From a virus (lineage: Duplodnaviria > Heunggongvirae > Uroviricota > Caudoviricetes): a stretch of 64,000 nt of DNA. The stretch lies in IMG/VR virus record IMGVR_UViG_3300037321_000115. One strand, 5' to 3'. Shown piece by piece: positions 19,850 through 28,962 of the stretch (positions within the stretch are counted from its first letter, which is position 1; every line of letters starts with the position of its first letter). Position numbers and translations under genes: made by a program. The notes under the pieces were generated by a model. The model did no database searches. It was given only the letters and a program-made list of their open reading frames with translations, and was not told where the DNA came from.

Positions 19850-20837
19850 CGTCGTCTCCTACCAGAGCGGCGATCTCGTCTGCCAAGCTGGACACTTCGT
19901 CGTCCACCACGGTGGCTGCCTTGGGTTCAGGCCTAGGCTTAGGCTTAGCGGCTACCTTGGGAGCAGGCTCTACCGCCTTGGCAGCACCGAAGCCGCGCTT
20001 AGGCGCGCCCGCTACTGGCTCAGGGGCTTCTTCCTCCTCGGGCTCAGGCTCGGGCTCGGGCTCGGGCTCAGGCTCAGGCTTTGCTACCTTGACCGCGGCC
20101 TTGCGTGGTGTCGACGGTGCGGCGGCCGCCGCAGGCTGCTTCTCGCCTGTGATATCCAGCACGCTTTCGGCACCGAACAGCGGCTCGACCGCAGCGTAGG
20201 TATCCTCGTCCAAGAAACCACCGAAGCCGAACTTCAGCTTGGGGAACGACGCGTCGGTGTCGAAACCGATCTTGGTCTTGACCACCTCGGCGGGGATGCC
20301 ACGTACTGACAACTCCTTGTGGTAAGAGTTCAGGCCCTTGAGCGCGGCAGGTGTTACCTGCAGCAGATAGACTGGACCCTCTGGATCGTCAGCCGCGACA
20401 ACAGCCAACCGCTTCTGGTCAGTGCATGCCTTGAGCTGCTGCCCTTGCGGTCCTGTCTTGGAGCCCCACGCATTGTGTGGGCACGATGCACACACGTCGT
20501 TCTGTGGACCCTCGCTCTCAGGGTGCGGGCGCACACCGTCTAGCGAGAAGCAGTCGGGTGCACTGGGCTCAGCGTCCTTGTCCCACGCCTTGGCGTAGAA
20601 GGTCTTGGATAGCTTGGGGTTGGCACCCACGATTACCACGTCCAGTGAGGTTGTATCCAGCACAGTCTCAGTGCCGTCCTCGATGATGCGGAAGCGCGAT
20701 CCCTTGATCGAGATGCGCGGGAACGACTGGCCACTGGAGATACCAGAGGCAATGCTCTGCGACAGGGCAGAGGGTTGGCCCACCTTGGCGGCAAGGTGCG
20801 CGGGGATTTGTACATTTACGGGGATGATATTGCTCAT
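19842..20837 (-). CDS. Putative single-stranded DNA-binding / recombination protein
   Basis: Start refined to MSNIIPVNV, preceded by an AAGGAGG RBS; FPRISIKGSRF, CFSLDG, CASCPHNAWGS and KACTDQKRLAV motifs; PEPEPE linker and acidic tail (GDDDD) typical of SSBs; located in the replication module. Confidence 0.6.
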   Translation of the reverse strand: MSNIIPVNVQIPAHLAAKVGQPSALSQSIASGISSGQSFPRISIKGSRFRIIEDGTETVLDTTSLDVVIVGANPKLSKTFYAKAWDKDAEPSAPDCFSLDGVRPHPESEGPQNDVCASCPHNAWGSKTGPQGQQLKACTDQKRLAVVAADDPEGPVYLLQVTPAALKGLNSYHKELSVRGIPAEVVKTKIGFDTDASFPKLKFGFGGFLDEDTYAAVEPLFGAESVLDITGEKQPAAAAAPSTPRKAAVKVAKPEPEPEPEPEPEPEEEEAPEPVAGAPKRGFGAAKAVEPAPKVAAKPKPRPEPKAATVVDDEVSSLADEIAALVGDDDD

Positions 20838-20847
20838 AGGGTCCTCC

Positions 20848-21243
20848 TTAACGAGCTGTCGGTTTACGAACGTTGATGTCCAGCTTGGTGCCATAAGTCA
20901 CACCCGGCGGGACTTCGTTGGTAGCCTCGAGGTGCGCACGAACAGCGGTCTTGCTGATGCGCTTCTCTAGCATTTCATAGGCTTCTTCCCTGCGGATGAA
21001 GTCCAGTACTGCGTCCCAGTTGGCGACGTTGGCATAGTCGGTGGTCGTCAGGAAGGCCGTGCCATGGTCTGTCTTGAAAGACGTGACGCCATCGGCGTCA
21101 GCCTTGGCCTTGAGCCATGCTTCGATCTTGAGCATACTCTCCTTGACGGTCGCCACCTTATCCTTGGCTTCTGCCTCAATCGCTTCTTTCTGAGTACGTA
21201 ATTTCATGTACGTCTTGATGACGCTATCGACTGTCACGGTCAT
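20848..21243 (-). CDS. Conserved phage replication-module protein (coiled coil plus small beta domain)
   Basis: SFKTDHGTAF, NWDAVLDFI and LEKRISKTAV motifs; recurrent gene between SSB and helicase. Confidence 0.7.
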   Translation of the reverse strand: MTVTVDSVIKTYMKLRTQKEAIEAEAKDKVATVKESMLKIEAWLKAKADADGVTSFKTDHGTAFLTTTDYANVANWDAVLDFIRREEAYEMLEKRISKTAVRAHLEATNEVPPGVTYGTKLDINVRKPTAR

Positions 21244-21247
21244 GTTG

Positions 21248-22801
21248 TCACTCCGTTGCTTGTTGGATCAGGTCCAGAAGCAGGCCCTGTAGTTTCTGTT
21301 TGCTCGACAGCCTTTGGTACATTTTGTACTCAAGGTCGGTGGCCTCTATGTGGACCACGTTGCTGACGTGCCGCTTCCCGATGCGTTCTACCCGCCCGTT
21401 AGCCTGAACATACTGCTCGTTGCTAGTGATGGGGCCGTACCATACCACGGTTGAAGCCGAGGTCAGGGTCAGGCCGTGAGCCATCGTAGCAGGGTGAGCG
21501 ATCAGGACACGCGGGTCCTTACTGTTTTGGAAGTCGTTAAATATCTGGTTGCGCTTGTTGGGTGACACAGCGCCGTTGACAACGGCCGTGGTCCAGCGCT
21601 TGGATAACTCCCGCTCCAGCATGTTGAGAGTTCCCGTGAGGGGAACAAAAATAATTACTTTCTCTCCGGCTTCTTCAATCACCTCCTTCACTGCGTTCAC
21701 CCGTGGTGAACAATCAATCTCAAAGTCCTGCCCGTCGTCGGTGTATGCCACACCGCAGGCAATTTGAACTAGCTTCTGTACCTTCACAGCCTCGTTCACT
21801 GCGCTGATGGTGCCGTTACCCTTCTCAATATCAATGACAAGGCGGCGCATCATGGTCTGGTAATGCTTCTTCTGCTCGGCTGTCAGCTCCACCTTACGTG
21901 TCTGGATGATCGTGTCAGGTAGGTCAAAGCACTCGTCACGTGTGTAACGTATAGCCGGTTGCAGGATGTTCTTTACAATATCTACGCTCTCTGGCCGCGG
22001 CACGAACTTCCACTGCCCAATCTTCATCATCACCTGCTCACGGAACGCCGTGAAAGTACGCGGCGCATATGGGCTACCAATTAACTGGGACAGGGTCCAC
22101 GCATCAGTGGGATCGTTTGGCGTAGGCGTGCCGGTCATCAGCCACAGGCGCACGTCTGGGTTCTTACCCACCCACTTCTTAAAGTGCTTGTACCGACTGG
22201 TCGACGGGTTGCGCAGGACTGCAGCCTCGTCAACTATGACTAGGTCGAACTTGCCAACGGTATCTTCCGAGATGATGCTGAACCCATCATGGTTAATGAC
22301 GTAGAAGTCAGCCTCGGTGTTGAGCAGCTTCTTGCGGCGCGCCGCAGTGCCATGAAGCACCACGTGCCTGCGGTGGTAGAAACCCTTGAAGATCGCGTCA
22401 CCCCACACCCGCTCCAGTGTTGAGAGCGGAGACAGGACCAACACCTTCTTTATGACGCCGGTCTTAATGAGGTAGTCAGCTGCCCATAGTGCGCTTTGGG
22501 TTTTACCTGTACCAATCTCGTTGAGTACAAGGCAGCGGTCCTGCATTGTAAGGAAGGACGCTGTCATTTGCTGGTGCTCGTATGGTGTGAACTGGCCCGG
22601 CCAGTCGTAGTAGTGCAGGATCGGGGACGGCGCTGCGATACCTAATGCGCGCAGCTGCTTTACAGTAGCCAGCTTGTGAGGGACGACGACGACGTCATTC
22701 CCGCGCACCGCCAGCACCTTGGCCGACGGTACTACCGCCAGCACTTGGGCTGTGTTCTTTAGCTTCAGCACAAGCGCTTTTGCTTTGGGGATTACGAGCA
22801 C
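21248..22801 (-). CDS. SNF2-like (SF2) helicase
   Basis: LNEIGTGKT (motif I), VIVDEA (II), MTGTP (III), AHGLTLT (V), QANGRVERIG (VI). Confidence 0.92.
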   Translation of the reverse strand: MLVIPKAKALVLKLKNTAQVLAVVPSAKVLAVRGNDVVVVPHKLATVKQLRALGIAAPSPILHYYDWPGQFTPYEHQQMTASFLTMQDRCLVLNEIGTGKTQSALWAADYLIKTGVIKKVLVLSPLSTLERVWGDAIFKGFYHRRHVVLHGTAARRKKLLNTEADFYVINHDGFSIISEDTVGKFDLVIVDEAAVLRNPSTSRYKHFKKWVGKNPDVRLWLMTGTPTPNDPTDAWTLSQLIGSPYAPRTFTAFREQVMMKIGQWKFVPRPESVDIVKNILQPAIRYTRDECFDLPDTIIQTRKVELTAEQKKHYQTMMRRLVIDIEKGNGTISAVNEAVKVQKLVQIACGVAYTDDGQDFEIDCSPRVNAVKEVIEEAGEKVIIFVPLTGTLNMLERELSKRWTTAVVNGAVSPNKRNQIFNDFQNSKDPRVLIAHPATMAHGLTLTSASTVVWYGPITSNEQYVQANGRVERIGKRHVSNVVHIEATDLEYKMYQRLSSKQKLQGLLLDLIQQATE

Positions 22802-23087
22802 GGATATACTCCCTTACCGTCTCAATGGTTTCGTCATCATAGGCGACAAAGCATTTGCCACCCGCTTTCTCTATGTCCCGCATACACTTCAGCTGAAGTG
22901 CTGTGGGCTTCTTGATCTTGTTGGCCTTGCACTCGATACCAACGAAGTGCCCATACACGCACGCTACCCTGTCTGGTATGCCTGCCACACCGAACGGACC
23001 AGCCTGTGGGCTATAGAACCAGACCCCTTCGGCCTTGAGAACTTTGTCAAGTTTGTGTTTGACCCGACCCTCAGGTGTCATAGCCAT
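22695..23087 (-). CDS. VRR-NUC family nuclease
   Basis: PEGRVK, GIPDRVAC, GIECKA, PTALQ; C-terminal tail overlaps the helicase start by 107 nt. Confidence 0.85.
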   Translation of the reverse strand: MAMTPEGRVKHKLDKVLKAEGVWFYSPQAGPFGVAGIPDRVACVYGHFVGIECKANKIKKPTALQLKCMRDIEKAGGKCFVAYDDETIETVREYIRARNPQSKSACAEAKEHSPSAGGSTVGQGAGGARE

Positions 23088-23118
23088 AGCTAACTCCTTG
23101 TGTATAGTATGTCAACTT

Positions 23119-23778
23119 TTATTTTGCAAACTCGCAGAAGTTTTTACACGGGCACCAGCCGCACAGCCCGCTCGGCTTGGCTGGCCAGTTGTCATGCTCG
23201 GCCGAACCCTCGATCCGTTTGACCTTGCTCAGGATGCGATGCCAGATAGCGGGCATATCCTCGTGCGTGTACGTCTCGCTGTCCATCTTCATCTCTTTGA
23301 GCCAGACGAACGTGGTCTTGACGCGCTGGACTTCGGGGTAATGCTTGAACACCTGCACTGCGAACAGCTCCAGCTGGTCGAAGTCCGGCCGACGCTTGCC
23401 TGTCTTCCAGTCAAACATGATAGCCTCTGGCCCGCGCCGCACAAGTACGTCGATCTTGGAGCGCAGCCACGCGTCGTCGTCCCACCAGCCTGTGGGCTTG
23501 AGGCTGTCGTTGAGGGTCATCTCCTCCTCGACTGTGAGCACACCGCCCTTGGCCGTGTGCTTGATGGCCTCGCAGAGCACGTCGTAGCGGGCAGTCTCGC
23601 TGGTCAGCGGAGCGTCCTCGCCCAGCCTTAACTCCAACGCCTTGTGCACACGCTCACCGTAGGCGGTGACGGCGTTGCCGCTATCTCGCACAGACTTCTC
23701 GATTCGTTGGTGAAAGTAGTTCTTCGGACAGTTCTCATACATCTTGAGAGCTGAATATGAATGGCTGAGCTTGGTCAT
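23119..23778 (-). CDS. PD-(D/E)XK exonuclease (Cas4/RecB-like, probable Fe-S cluster)
   Basis: SYSALKMYENCP, KIDVL, DWKTGK, QLELFA and C-terminal LCGWCPCKNFC. Confidence 0.88.
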   Translation of the reverse strand: MTKLSHSYSALKMYENCPKNYFHQRIEKSVRDSGNAVTAYGERVHKALELRLGEDAPLTSETARYDVLCEAIKHTAKGGVLTVEEEMTLNDSLKPTGWWDDDAWLRSKIDVLVRRGPEAIMFDWKTGKRRPDFDQLELFAVQVFKHYPEVQRVKTTFVWLKEMKMDSETYTHEDMPAIWHRILSKVKRIEGSAEHDNWPAKPSGLCGWCPCKNFCEFAK

Positions 23779-25631
23779 TTGGCTTCTCCATAGTTGGGGC
23801 CGATGTCTGCTTCACAGGCCACGGGCAGGTCGAGCGCCCACTTGGGCGGGGTGGACATAACGTCCACCATAAACGCTTTGCAGTCCTCTGCATCTTCTTC
23901 GTCCACCACGCAGACGATCTCGTCGTGCACTTGCAGGGCGACGGGGTAGCGCCGTCCGATCTTGGTCATCTGCTCGGACACAACGATGCGGGCCACAGCC
24001 TGCGTGATGTTCTCTACCACCTTACCACCATAGAGTTTCGTCCATGTGATATCGGGGGTGGTGTCACCGCTAACCCGCGCCACGATAAACTTTCGGTACA
24101 CCCTCGCGTCGTTGATGTACTCGAACCCGTGAGCAGCGCCGCGTAAGGCAGGGTATCTAAGGCGCAACCCATTAGGTAGAACGATACCCTCGCTGTCATA
24201 AGATACTAGATCGCACAGCTCACCGCTCGCGCCAGCCACCATCCCATTAAGTTCGTGGTTGCACCGATTCCAGAACGCTTGGATACGGTTGTACTTATTC
24301 CTGTACAACGAAACGATAGTCTTTGCCTCGTTGTCGCCCACCTTCACCGAGATTAACCCAGTGGCCAGTGAGTGCTGAAACTTGGGTGCACCCATACCAT
24401 AGCCCAGCCCAAGGATGCAGGTCTTGCCCACATGCCGCTCGACCTTGTCGCCCTTGGTGACAGGGCGCTGATATACATCGGTGGCGAACTTGGAGTACAC
24501 ATCCTCGCCGTCACGGAAGGACTGTACGAGGTCATCCTGCCCGGCGAGGTAGGCCACCATCCGCGCCTCGATTTGACTGGAGTCACATGCTACCACGCAC
24601 TTACCCGCAGGTGCTACCAACGCACGGCGCAGCGCGCCGCCCCGCGGTAGGTTCTGTAGGTTCAGCTTGTCGCCACCGCTGAACCGCCCAGTGTGGGCAC
24701 CGTAGTAGTTGAGCATGATGGGGATACGCCCGCGCTCCGCCACTGCAAGGAAACGTTGGGTGCGGGTCTCCTCGATGGTGCTCTTGGTGCCCAACCGCGC
24801 CTCAACGACGGTGCGCACCGCCGCCTTGGGGTGCTGCAGCAAGTCAGTAAACTCTGTGTCGGTCTTGGCAAAGGCGAACGTCTGCTTGCCTGTGGCAGGG
24901 CTTAGCTTCATCGGCGGCTCTGCACCTAACGCCTTGAGCAGCGCAGCGAACTTGGGGTTGGACATGAGGGTCTTGCGTGCCTTCGCCTCACCGCCCAGCT
25001 TCTCCAGCAGCAGCCGCTTGCGCTCAAGGATAGTAGCAAGGTGGTGGTCTAGTACGTCCGTATCCAGTTCCAGCTGCGGTTCGGTGTACATCCGGATAGT
25101 CTGGTCGATGACCAGTAGCTCTGGCACAGGGAACTTATGAGACAGCTTCTTGAACAGCTGGTAGGTAAGGTTCACATCCTGTATGCAATAGTCCGCATAG
25201 CTGGCCAGCTGCTCTGGCGTGAAGTCCTCGCGGCGCATACCTTGGGTGCGCATCACCTCGTCGCCCTTTGCACCTAGCCCGTAGTAGGTAGCCAACGCCT
25301 TGAGGCTGCCGCCCACTGTCATGTTGTGCAGCGGTCGCGCCATGCTCAGCGTGTCGAACCATAGCTTGGGCTTGATCCCATATAGCCATGATAGGATGGC
25401 CCCGTCGAACACGGTGTTGTGGCAAAGGATCGCCTTGTCACTGTAGTCGATGGCGTTGAGGAACCCACCCACGTCCTTACCGGAGTACCAGTCAGGCTCT
25501 TGGTTGTTGACCTTGATAGCTACACCGACCACCTCGAAGCGCTCATCGCGTACGTATTCCTCAGTCGTCATCTTGGATAGCGTGAAGTCCTGCGACCAGT
25601 AAGTCTCAAAGTCTATTGTCACAATGTCCAT
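23775..25631 (-). CDS. polA: DNA polymerase family A with 3'-5' exonuclease
   Basis: TIDFET (Exo I), HNTVFD (Exo II), DSSQIEAR (motif A), KTCILGLGYG (motif B), QVHDEI (motif C). Confidence 0.95.
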   Translation of the reverse strand: MDIVTIDFETYWSQDFTLSKMTTEEYVRDERFEVVGVAIKVNNQEPDWYSGKDVGGFLNAIDYSDKAILCHNTVFDGAILSWLYGIKPKLWFDTLSMARPLHNMTVGGSLKALATYYGLGAKGDEVMRTQGMRREDFTPEQLASYADYCIQDVNLTYQLFKKLSHKFPVPELLVIDQTIRMYTEPQLELDTDVLDHHLATILERKRLLLEKLGGEAKARKTLMSNPKFAALLKALGAEPPMKLSPATGKQTFAFAKTDTEFTDLLQHPKAAVRTVVEARLGTKSTIEETRTQRFLAVAERGRIPIMLNYYGAHTGRFSGGDKLNLQNLPRGGALRRALVAPAGKCVVACDSSQIEARMVAYLAGQDDLVQSFRDGEDVYSKFATDVYQRPVTKGDKVERHVGKTCILGLGYGMGAPKFQHSLATGLISVKVGDNEAKTIVSLYRNKYNRIQAFWNRCNHELNGMVAGASGELCDLVSYDSEGIVLPNGLRLRYPALRGAAHGFEYINDARVYRKFIVARVSGDTTPDITWTKLYGGKVVENITQAVARIVVSEQMTKIGRRYPVALQVHDEIVCVVDEEDAEDCKAFMVDVMSTPPKWALDLPVACEADIGPNYGEAK

Positions 25632-25634
25632 GAC

Positions 25635-26087
25635 TTACTCCTCGGCCTCTATGAAGTTTCTAGCGCTTGCCGACCAGAGGCAGAACGACGGTCGCGACTG
25701 ACCGTGTACGTCAAACACATCGGCCTTAGAAATACGCCCTGCTTTGAACAACCGGTTGAGTGTAGCGTTCGCCGCGCGAGAGGTTATACCCACCGCGTCT
25801 GCAACCTCTGCTGTTGTAATGTACACTGGTACGTCAATGACAACTTTGTGTACCTTACTATCTAAGTCAGCGTCCGCTGACCGTACGATGTGCACAGCAA
25901 ACCAAGGGGTTCGTTCCGGATGGTGCACATTTGGGATCAGGTCTGCAATCACAGCGTCCCCGACCTTGAGGTCGGCGGAACGTGCCACAGTAGGGGGGAT
26001 GTAAACTTGGGTGCCGTCGTCAGCACAAGCCCCGAATGCAGAGCCAGACTCTACAGTAAATACGCAAAATATTTTCACAGTTTTCAT
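25635..26087 (-). CDS. Hypothetical protein, OB-fold-like plus winged-HTH
   Basis: VYIPPTVARSADLKVGD beta-barrel-like N-half; TTAEVADAVGITSRAANATLNRLFKAGRI wHTH-like C-half. Confidence 0.6.
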   Translation of the reverse strand: MKTVKIFCVFTVESGSAFGACADDGTQVYIPPTVARSADLKVGDAVIADLIPNVHHPERTPWFAVHIVRSADADLDSKVHKVVIDVPVYITTAEVADAVGITSRAANATLNRLFKAGRISKADVFDVHGQSRPSFCLWSASARNFIEAEE

Positions 26088-26117
26088 TTGTATATACCCT
26101 TATTTTTATGGTGTTAA

Positions 26118-26462
26118 TTAAGCGGAGGCACGAATCTTGACCTTAGGTGCCATAACTGTCGCAACAGCGGCCTCTAGCGAGTACCCACCCATGTGCCGGA
26201 GCGTGGTTATGTCCGCCCGTTGCTGGTCCGTGAAGTCACCCAACAGCGCCCATTCATCATCAATTTTCTTTGTGGCAGCGGCGCGGGCTTTTTGCAGTGC
26301 CTCGGCTAAATACTCACTGCGGGGCCGAGCCTTAAACCGCTGCCCCGTTTCCCGTTCCCACCGTTGCGCAGTCTTGCGATTGATACCAAGATATAGCGCC
26401 GTCTCGTTTTGCCCCATGCCCCGGTCAAAGCACGCTTGGAGACCTTGCGCGTGGCGGCTCAT
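26118..26462 (-). CDS. HTH-domain protein
   Basis: GMGQNETALYLGINRKTAQRW; ATGA coupling with the upstream gene. Confidence 0.65.
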   Translation of the reverse strand: MSRHAQGLQACFDRGMGQNETALYLGINRKTAQRWERETGQRFKARPRSEYLAEALQKARAAATKKIDDEWALLGDFTDQQRADITTLRHMGGYSLEAAVATVMAPKVKIRASA

Positions 26463-27163
26463 TCCACCACCCCCCCAGACATGGCGCGGTGGTATCGTTG
26501 TTGCGCTTGTATGTGCGTCCAGCCCTGCACCTTGGCGATCTCTAAAAGCATTTCGTAGTTGCCCTTGGTATCAATCAAGCGCCCACTAAGGCTTAGGTCT
26601 TTTGGCTTCGGTATGGGGGGCGGCGCGGTTCTGTAGTGGGTCGCTTGGTTGCGTGGCTTAGACAGCCCGGCGCTCCTCACGATTTCGCCAATCGAACTGA
26701 TAGCCCGACCTGTCGCGCAGGCTATCTCGGCGTAGGTGTATCCATCGTGGCGCATTGCCACGGCCTTGGCCCGCTCCTCGTCCGTCCAGAACGTGCCGCC
26801 TCTGGCACCCCCTGCCATACTGCGCTTAGGGTAGCCACAACGCTTTGCCAGTGCCGCGATTGCGTAGTCAGATACGCCAGCATGTGCAGCAATGGTGCGC
26901 TGTGCCTTTCCTGCGTCCCACATTGCACGGATTTCTGGCGTGTCATGCAGCTTTAAGCGCCGGCCTATGAGGTGCGTTCGCTTAGGGAGCGACATTTCGC
27001 GGACAACTTTGCGCATTGTACGTTCGGAGACTTGCATCGCCCGTGCGATTACTAGAAGCGTCTGGTCTGTCGCCCACCACTTGCGCACTTCGTCTTGGTC
27101 AATATCGGCTGATATTGCGAATGGGCGTGCTGATTTTATTTTCATCTGGTTACCCTGCGTCAT
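26459..27163 (-). CDS. Protein with three tandem HTH repeats, the third GcrA-like
   Basis: Start refined to MTQGNQ (ATGA overlap); three W/M-x-D-G-x-T/Q-x3-IA units; FWTDEERAKAVAMRHDGYTYAEIA resembles the GcrA N-terminal domain. Confidence 0.65.
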   Translation of the reverse strand: MTQGNQMKIKSARPFAISADIDQDEVRKWWATDQTLLVIARAMQVSERTMRKVVREMSLPKRTHLIGRRLKLHDTPEIRAMWDAGKAQRTIAAHAGVSDYAIAALAKRCGYPKRSMAGGARGGTFWTDEERAKAVAMRHDGYTYAEIACATGRAISSIGEIVRSAGLSKPRNQATHYRTAPPPIPKPKDLSLSGRLIDTKGNYEMLLEIAKVQGWTHIQAQQRYHRAMSGGVVE

Positions 27164-27279
27164 AGCAGCACCACGGCGGCGGCTATGGCAAGCGCAAACA
27201 CAACGATGCAAGCGATCAGGCATAAAGCGCCACCTATGACAGAGACGTAAACTGCGGCTTTGTATTCATTGGGGGTCAT
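27160..27279 (-). CDS. 39-aa membrane peptide
   Basis: MTPNEYKAAVYVSVIGGALCLIACIVVFALAIAAAVVLL; ATGA-coupled at both ends. Confidence 0.55.
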   Translation of the reverse strand: MTPNEYKAAVYVSVIGGALCLIACIVVFALAIAAAVVLL

Positions 27280-27347
27280 GCTGCCACCCCCACGACTGGC
27301 GCGTCGGCAACAAGGGTGTCGTAGTTTCGTGTTAGAATAATAGTCAT
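27276..27347 (-). CDS. 23-aa micro-ORF
   Basis: GGAGAG RBS, then MTIILTRNYDTLVADAPVVGVAA, whose stop overlaps the next ATG (ATGA). Confidence 0.4.
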   Translation of the reverse strand: MTIILTRNYDTLVADAPVVGVAA

Positions 27348-27395
27348 TGGTTCTCTCCGGTTGCTTAATAATAACTGTTTTACTTGGGTGAAAGA

Positions 27396-27839
27396 TTAAC
27401 ACGTCGGCTCTTCTACCATCTCCACAAGGCGTTGCAGGTGGTGAACAGCTTTCTTGATATCCTCGATACCACCCTTCTGCCGCTCACGTGCGAGGTACGC
27501 AATCGCTACCCCCTTGTGGTAGCCCCGGTACTCCTCTGGTGTGAGCCACGCTTCCATCGCTTGCCATGGCTGCACGCCCATGTCCTTGTAGTGGCTGCCA
27601 CCGACCTGTGTGTTTAACGTGTTCTCAATCATGGCTTTCTCCTCTGCCTCTCGTATGAATACTTCTCGTGGCGTACCGATCCTGTTGAGCAGGCCCTGTG
27701 CTAAGGACTCAGGTACATCGCAGAGGTCACGTAGCTCCGCTGCTGTAGCTAAGTTGTTACGTACAAGGCACTGCCATACTCTGTCTTCGTCGCTATCACC
27801 CCACGGCACAGGCGTGACCGTAACTTTTTTACTACCCAT
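27396..27839 (-). CDS. DUF3310 (SaV-like / nucleotide-kinase-like) domain protein
   Basis: QVGGSHYKDMGVQPW...YHKGVAIAYLARERQKGGIEDIKKAVHHL. Confidence 0.8.
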   Translation of the reverse strand: MGSKKVTVTPVPWGDSDEDRVWQCLVRNNLATAAELRDLCDVPESLAQGLLNRIGTPREVFIREAEEKAMIENTLNTQVGGSHYKDMGVQPWQAMEAWLTPEEYRGYHKGVAIAYLARERQKGGIEDIKKAVHHLQRLVEMVEEPTC

Positions 27840-27852
27840 TATGTTCTCCTGT

Positions 27853-27881
27853 GTTGTAGTATAGTATGTATATTATGTCAA
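27853..27881 (-). promoter_or_regulatory. Sigma70-like promoter
   Basis: TTGACA-17 nt-TACAAC upstream of a CAGGAG RBS and the ATG at 27839. Confidence 0.5.
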
Positions 27882-28135
27882 GTTGAAAGGCGGCGGCGCG
27901 TAGCAGCAGAGATCATTCTACTGAACTGCTCGTCTGTGTCTAGCATCAGGTCGCTAGCGTACAACAAGGGTGAGCCAGCATCGCCGTCTATATCCTCCAG
28001 CCCCTCCCAGCAGTCTTCGCACAACCACTTGTTGTTGCGCGCGGCCCACGCTACACACTCAGGCAGGTGTCCAGCCATTTCAGGTGCGTTCTCATAGCAC
28101 GCGTCACACCTAGCCCACATCTCAGGCATCTTCAT
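27878..28135 (-). CDS. Small putative Zn-finger protein
   Basis: CDAC ... CEDC pairs. Confidence 0.6.
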   Translation of the reverse strand: MKMPEMWARCDACYENAPEMAGHLPECVAWAARNNKWLCEDCWEGLEDIDGDAGSPLLYASDLMLDTDEQFSRMISAATRRRLST

Positions 28136-28736
28136 ATAAGTCCTCCACATCCTCGTCTAACTCATTGGCCTCGATGGTATCCCACACCGCATCGTCACTG
28201 GTCAGGTGGTCGTGCTCAGCCGCCAGCTTACGATAGAGGTCTCGCATGTAGGATCGCCACTGCTCGATCACGTTACTCTCGAGCTCCTCGACCTCATCCT
28301 CAAGCGGCCCGTCCCATGTATCCACGATCTGCTCATGGAACTCCGTCGGACACTCGACCATTTGGTAGAGCGTATCGTGGTCAGTGCTGAAGCTGGTGCA
28401 GCGCTCGTGGTAGTAATTACCGCTCTGCTCACACGTGACCCAGACACTGCCGCCGTGCTTCATCAGCTTGCGGATCATGGGGTACTGGTCCTTGTGGTGG
28501 TGGTCGAGGTAAACATCCAGCGAGTTGAACCCACCCGCGAAACAGGCCCCGTCGCCCTGCGACAAGAACCCCGTGAAGTAAATACGTTCTAACAAGATAC
28601 CGACCTCTCGCATGTCCTTCTTGAAGTCTGCTTCCACGAGGTCCCACCAATCGTCGTACTCGACGTTAATGTATCTGTATTTCTCCAGCAGGCTTGCGCG
28701 TTGCTCTGACGAGACCATCTTCTCCGATCCAGACAT
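28122..28736 (-). CDS. Highly acidic early protein with IYFTGFLSQGDGACF motif
   Basis: GGGAG RBS; about 47 of 204 residues are D/E by hand count; conserved-looking FxGFxSQGDGACF motif. Confidence 0.7.
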   Translation of the reverse strand: MSGSEKMVSSEQRASLLEKYRYINVEYDDWWDLVEADFKKDMREVGILLERIYFTGFLSQGDGACFAGGFNSLDVYLDHHHKDQYPMIRKLMKHGGSVWVTCEQSGNYYHERCTSFSTDHDTLYQMVECPTEFHEQIVDTWDGPLEDEVEELESNVIEQWRSYMRDLYRKLAAEHDHLTSDDAVWDTIEANELDEDVEDLYEDA

Positions 28737-28962
28737 GTGCTTCTCCCTTTGCTACGTCTACCAATATTTCTTTGAGCAGGTCGTTCTCCTCAAAGCAGTC
28801 GTTTGACTTCACCCTTGCTCCGGTCAGTGTGAGGTGGGCAGAGGCCAGCCTCCTGTCCACATTGGCAAGTCTCTTTATGAGCCTAGTCACAACGCGTTGC
28901 TGGTATATGGTCCAGCAAATGGCGACCACGAGGGCCGCCATCAGTATAAGTGTGCCTATCAT
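28666..28962 (-). CDS. Small membrane-anchored hypothetical protein
   Basis: Likely start MIGTLILMAALVVAICW (TM), ATGA-coupled to the vWA gene stop. Confidence 0.55.
   Translation of the reverse strand: MIGTLILMAALVVAICWTIYQQRVVTRLIKRLANVDRRLASAHLTLTGARVKSNDCFEENDLLKEILVDVAKGEAHVWIGEDGLVRATRKPAGEIQIH

Noticed and set aside
22695-22801. Programmed frameshift fusing VRR-NUC and the SNF2 helicase
   Set aside because: The 107-nt overlap is explained by a low-complexity C-terminal extension; the helicase has its own AAGGGAG RBS and GTG start, and no slippery site was evident.
23119-23778. CRISPR-Cas adaptation gene (cas4)
   Set aside because: It is a solo Cas4-like exonuclease within the polA replication module; there are no other cas genes or array.
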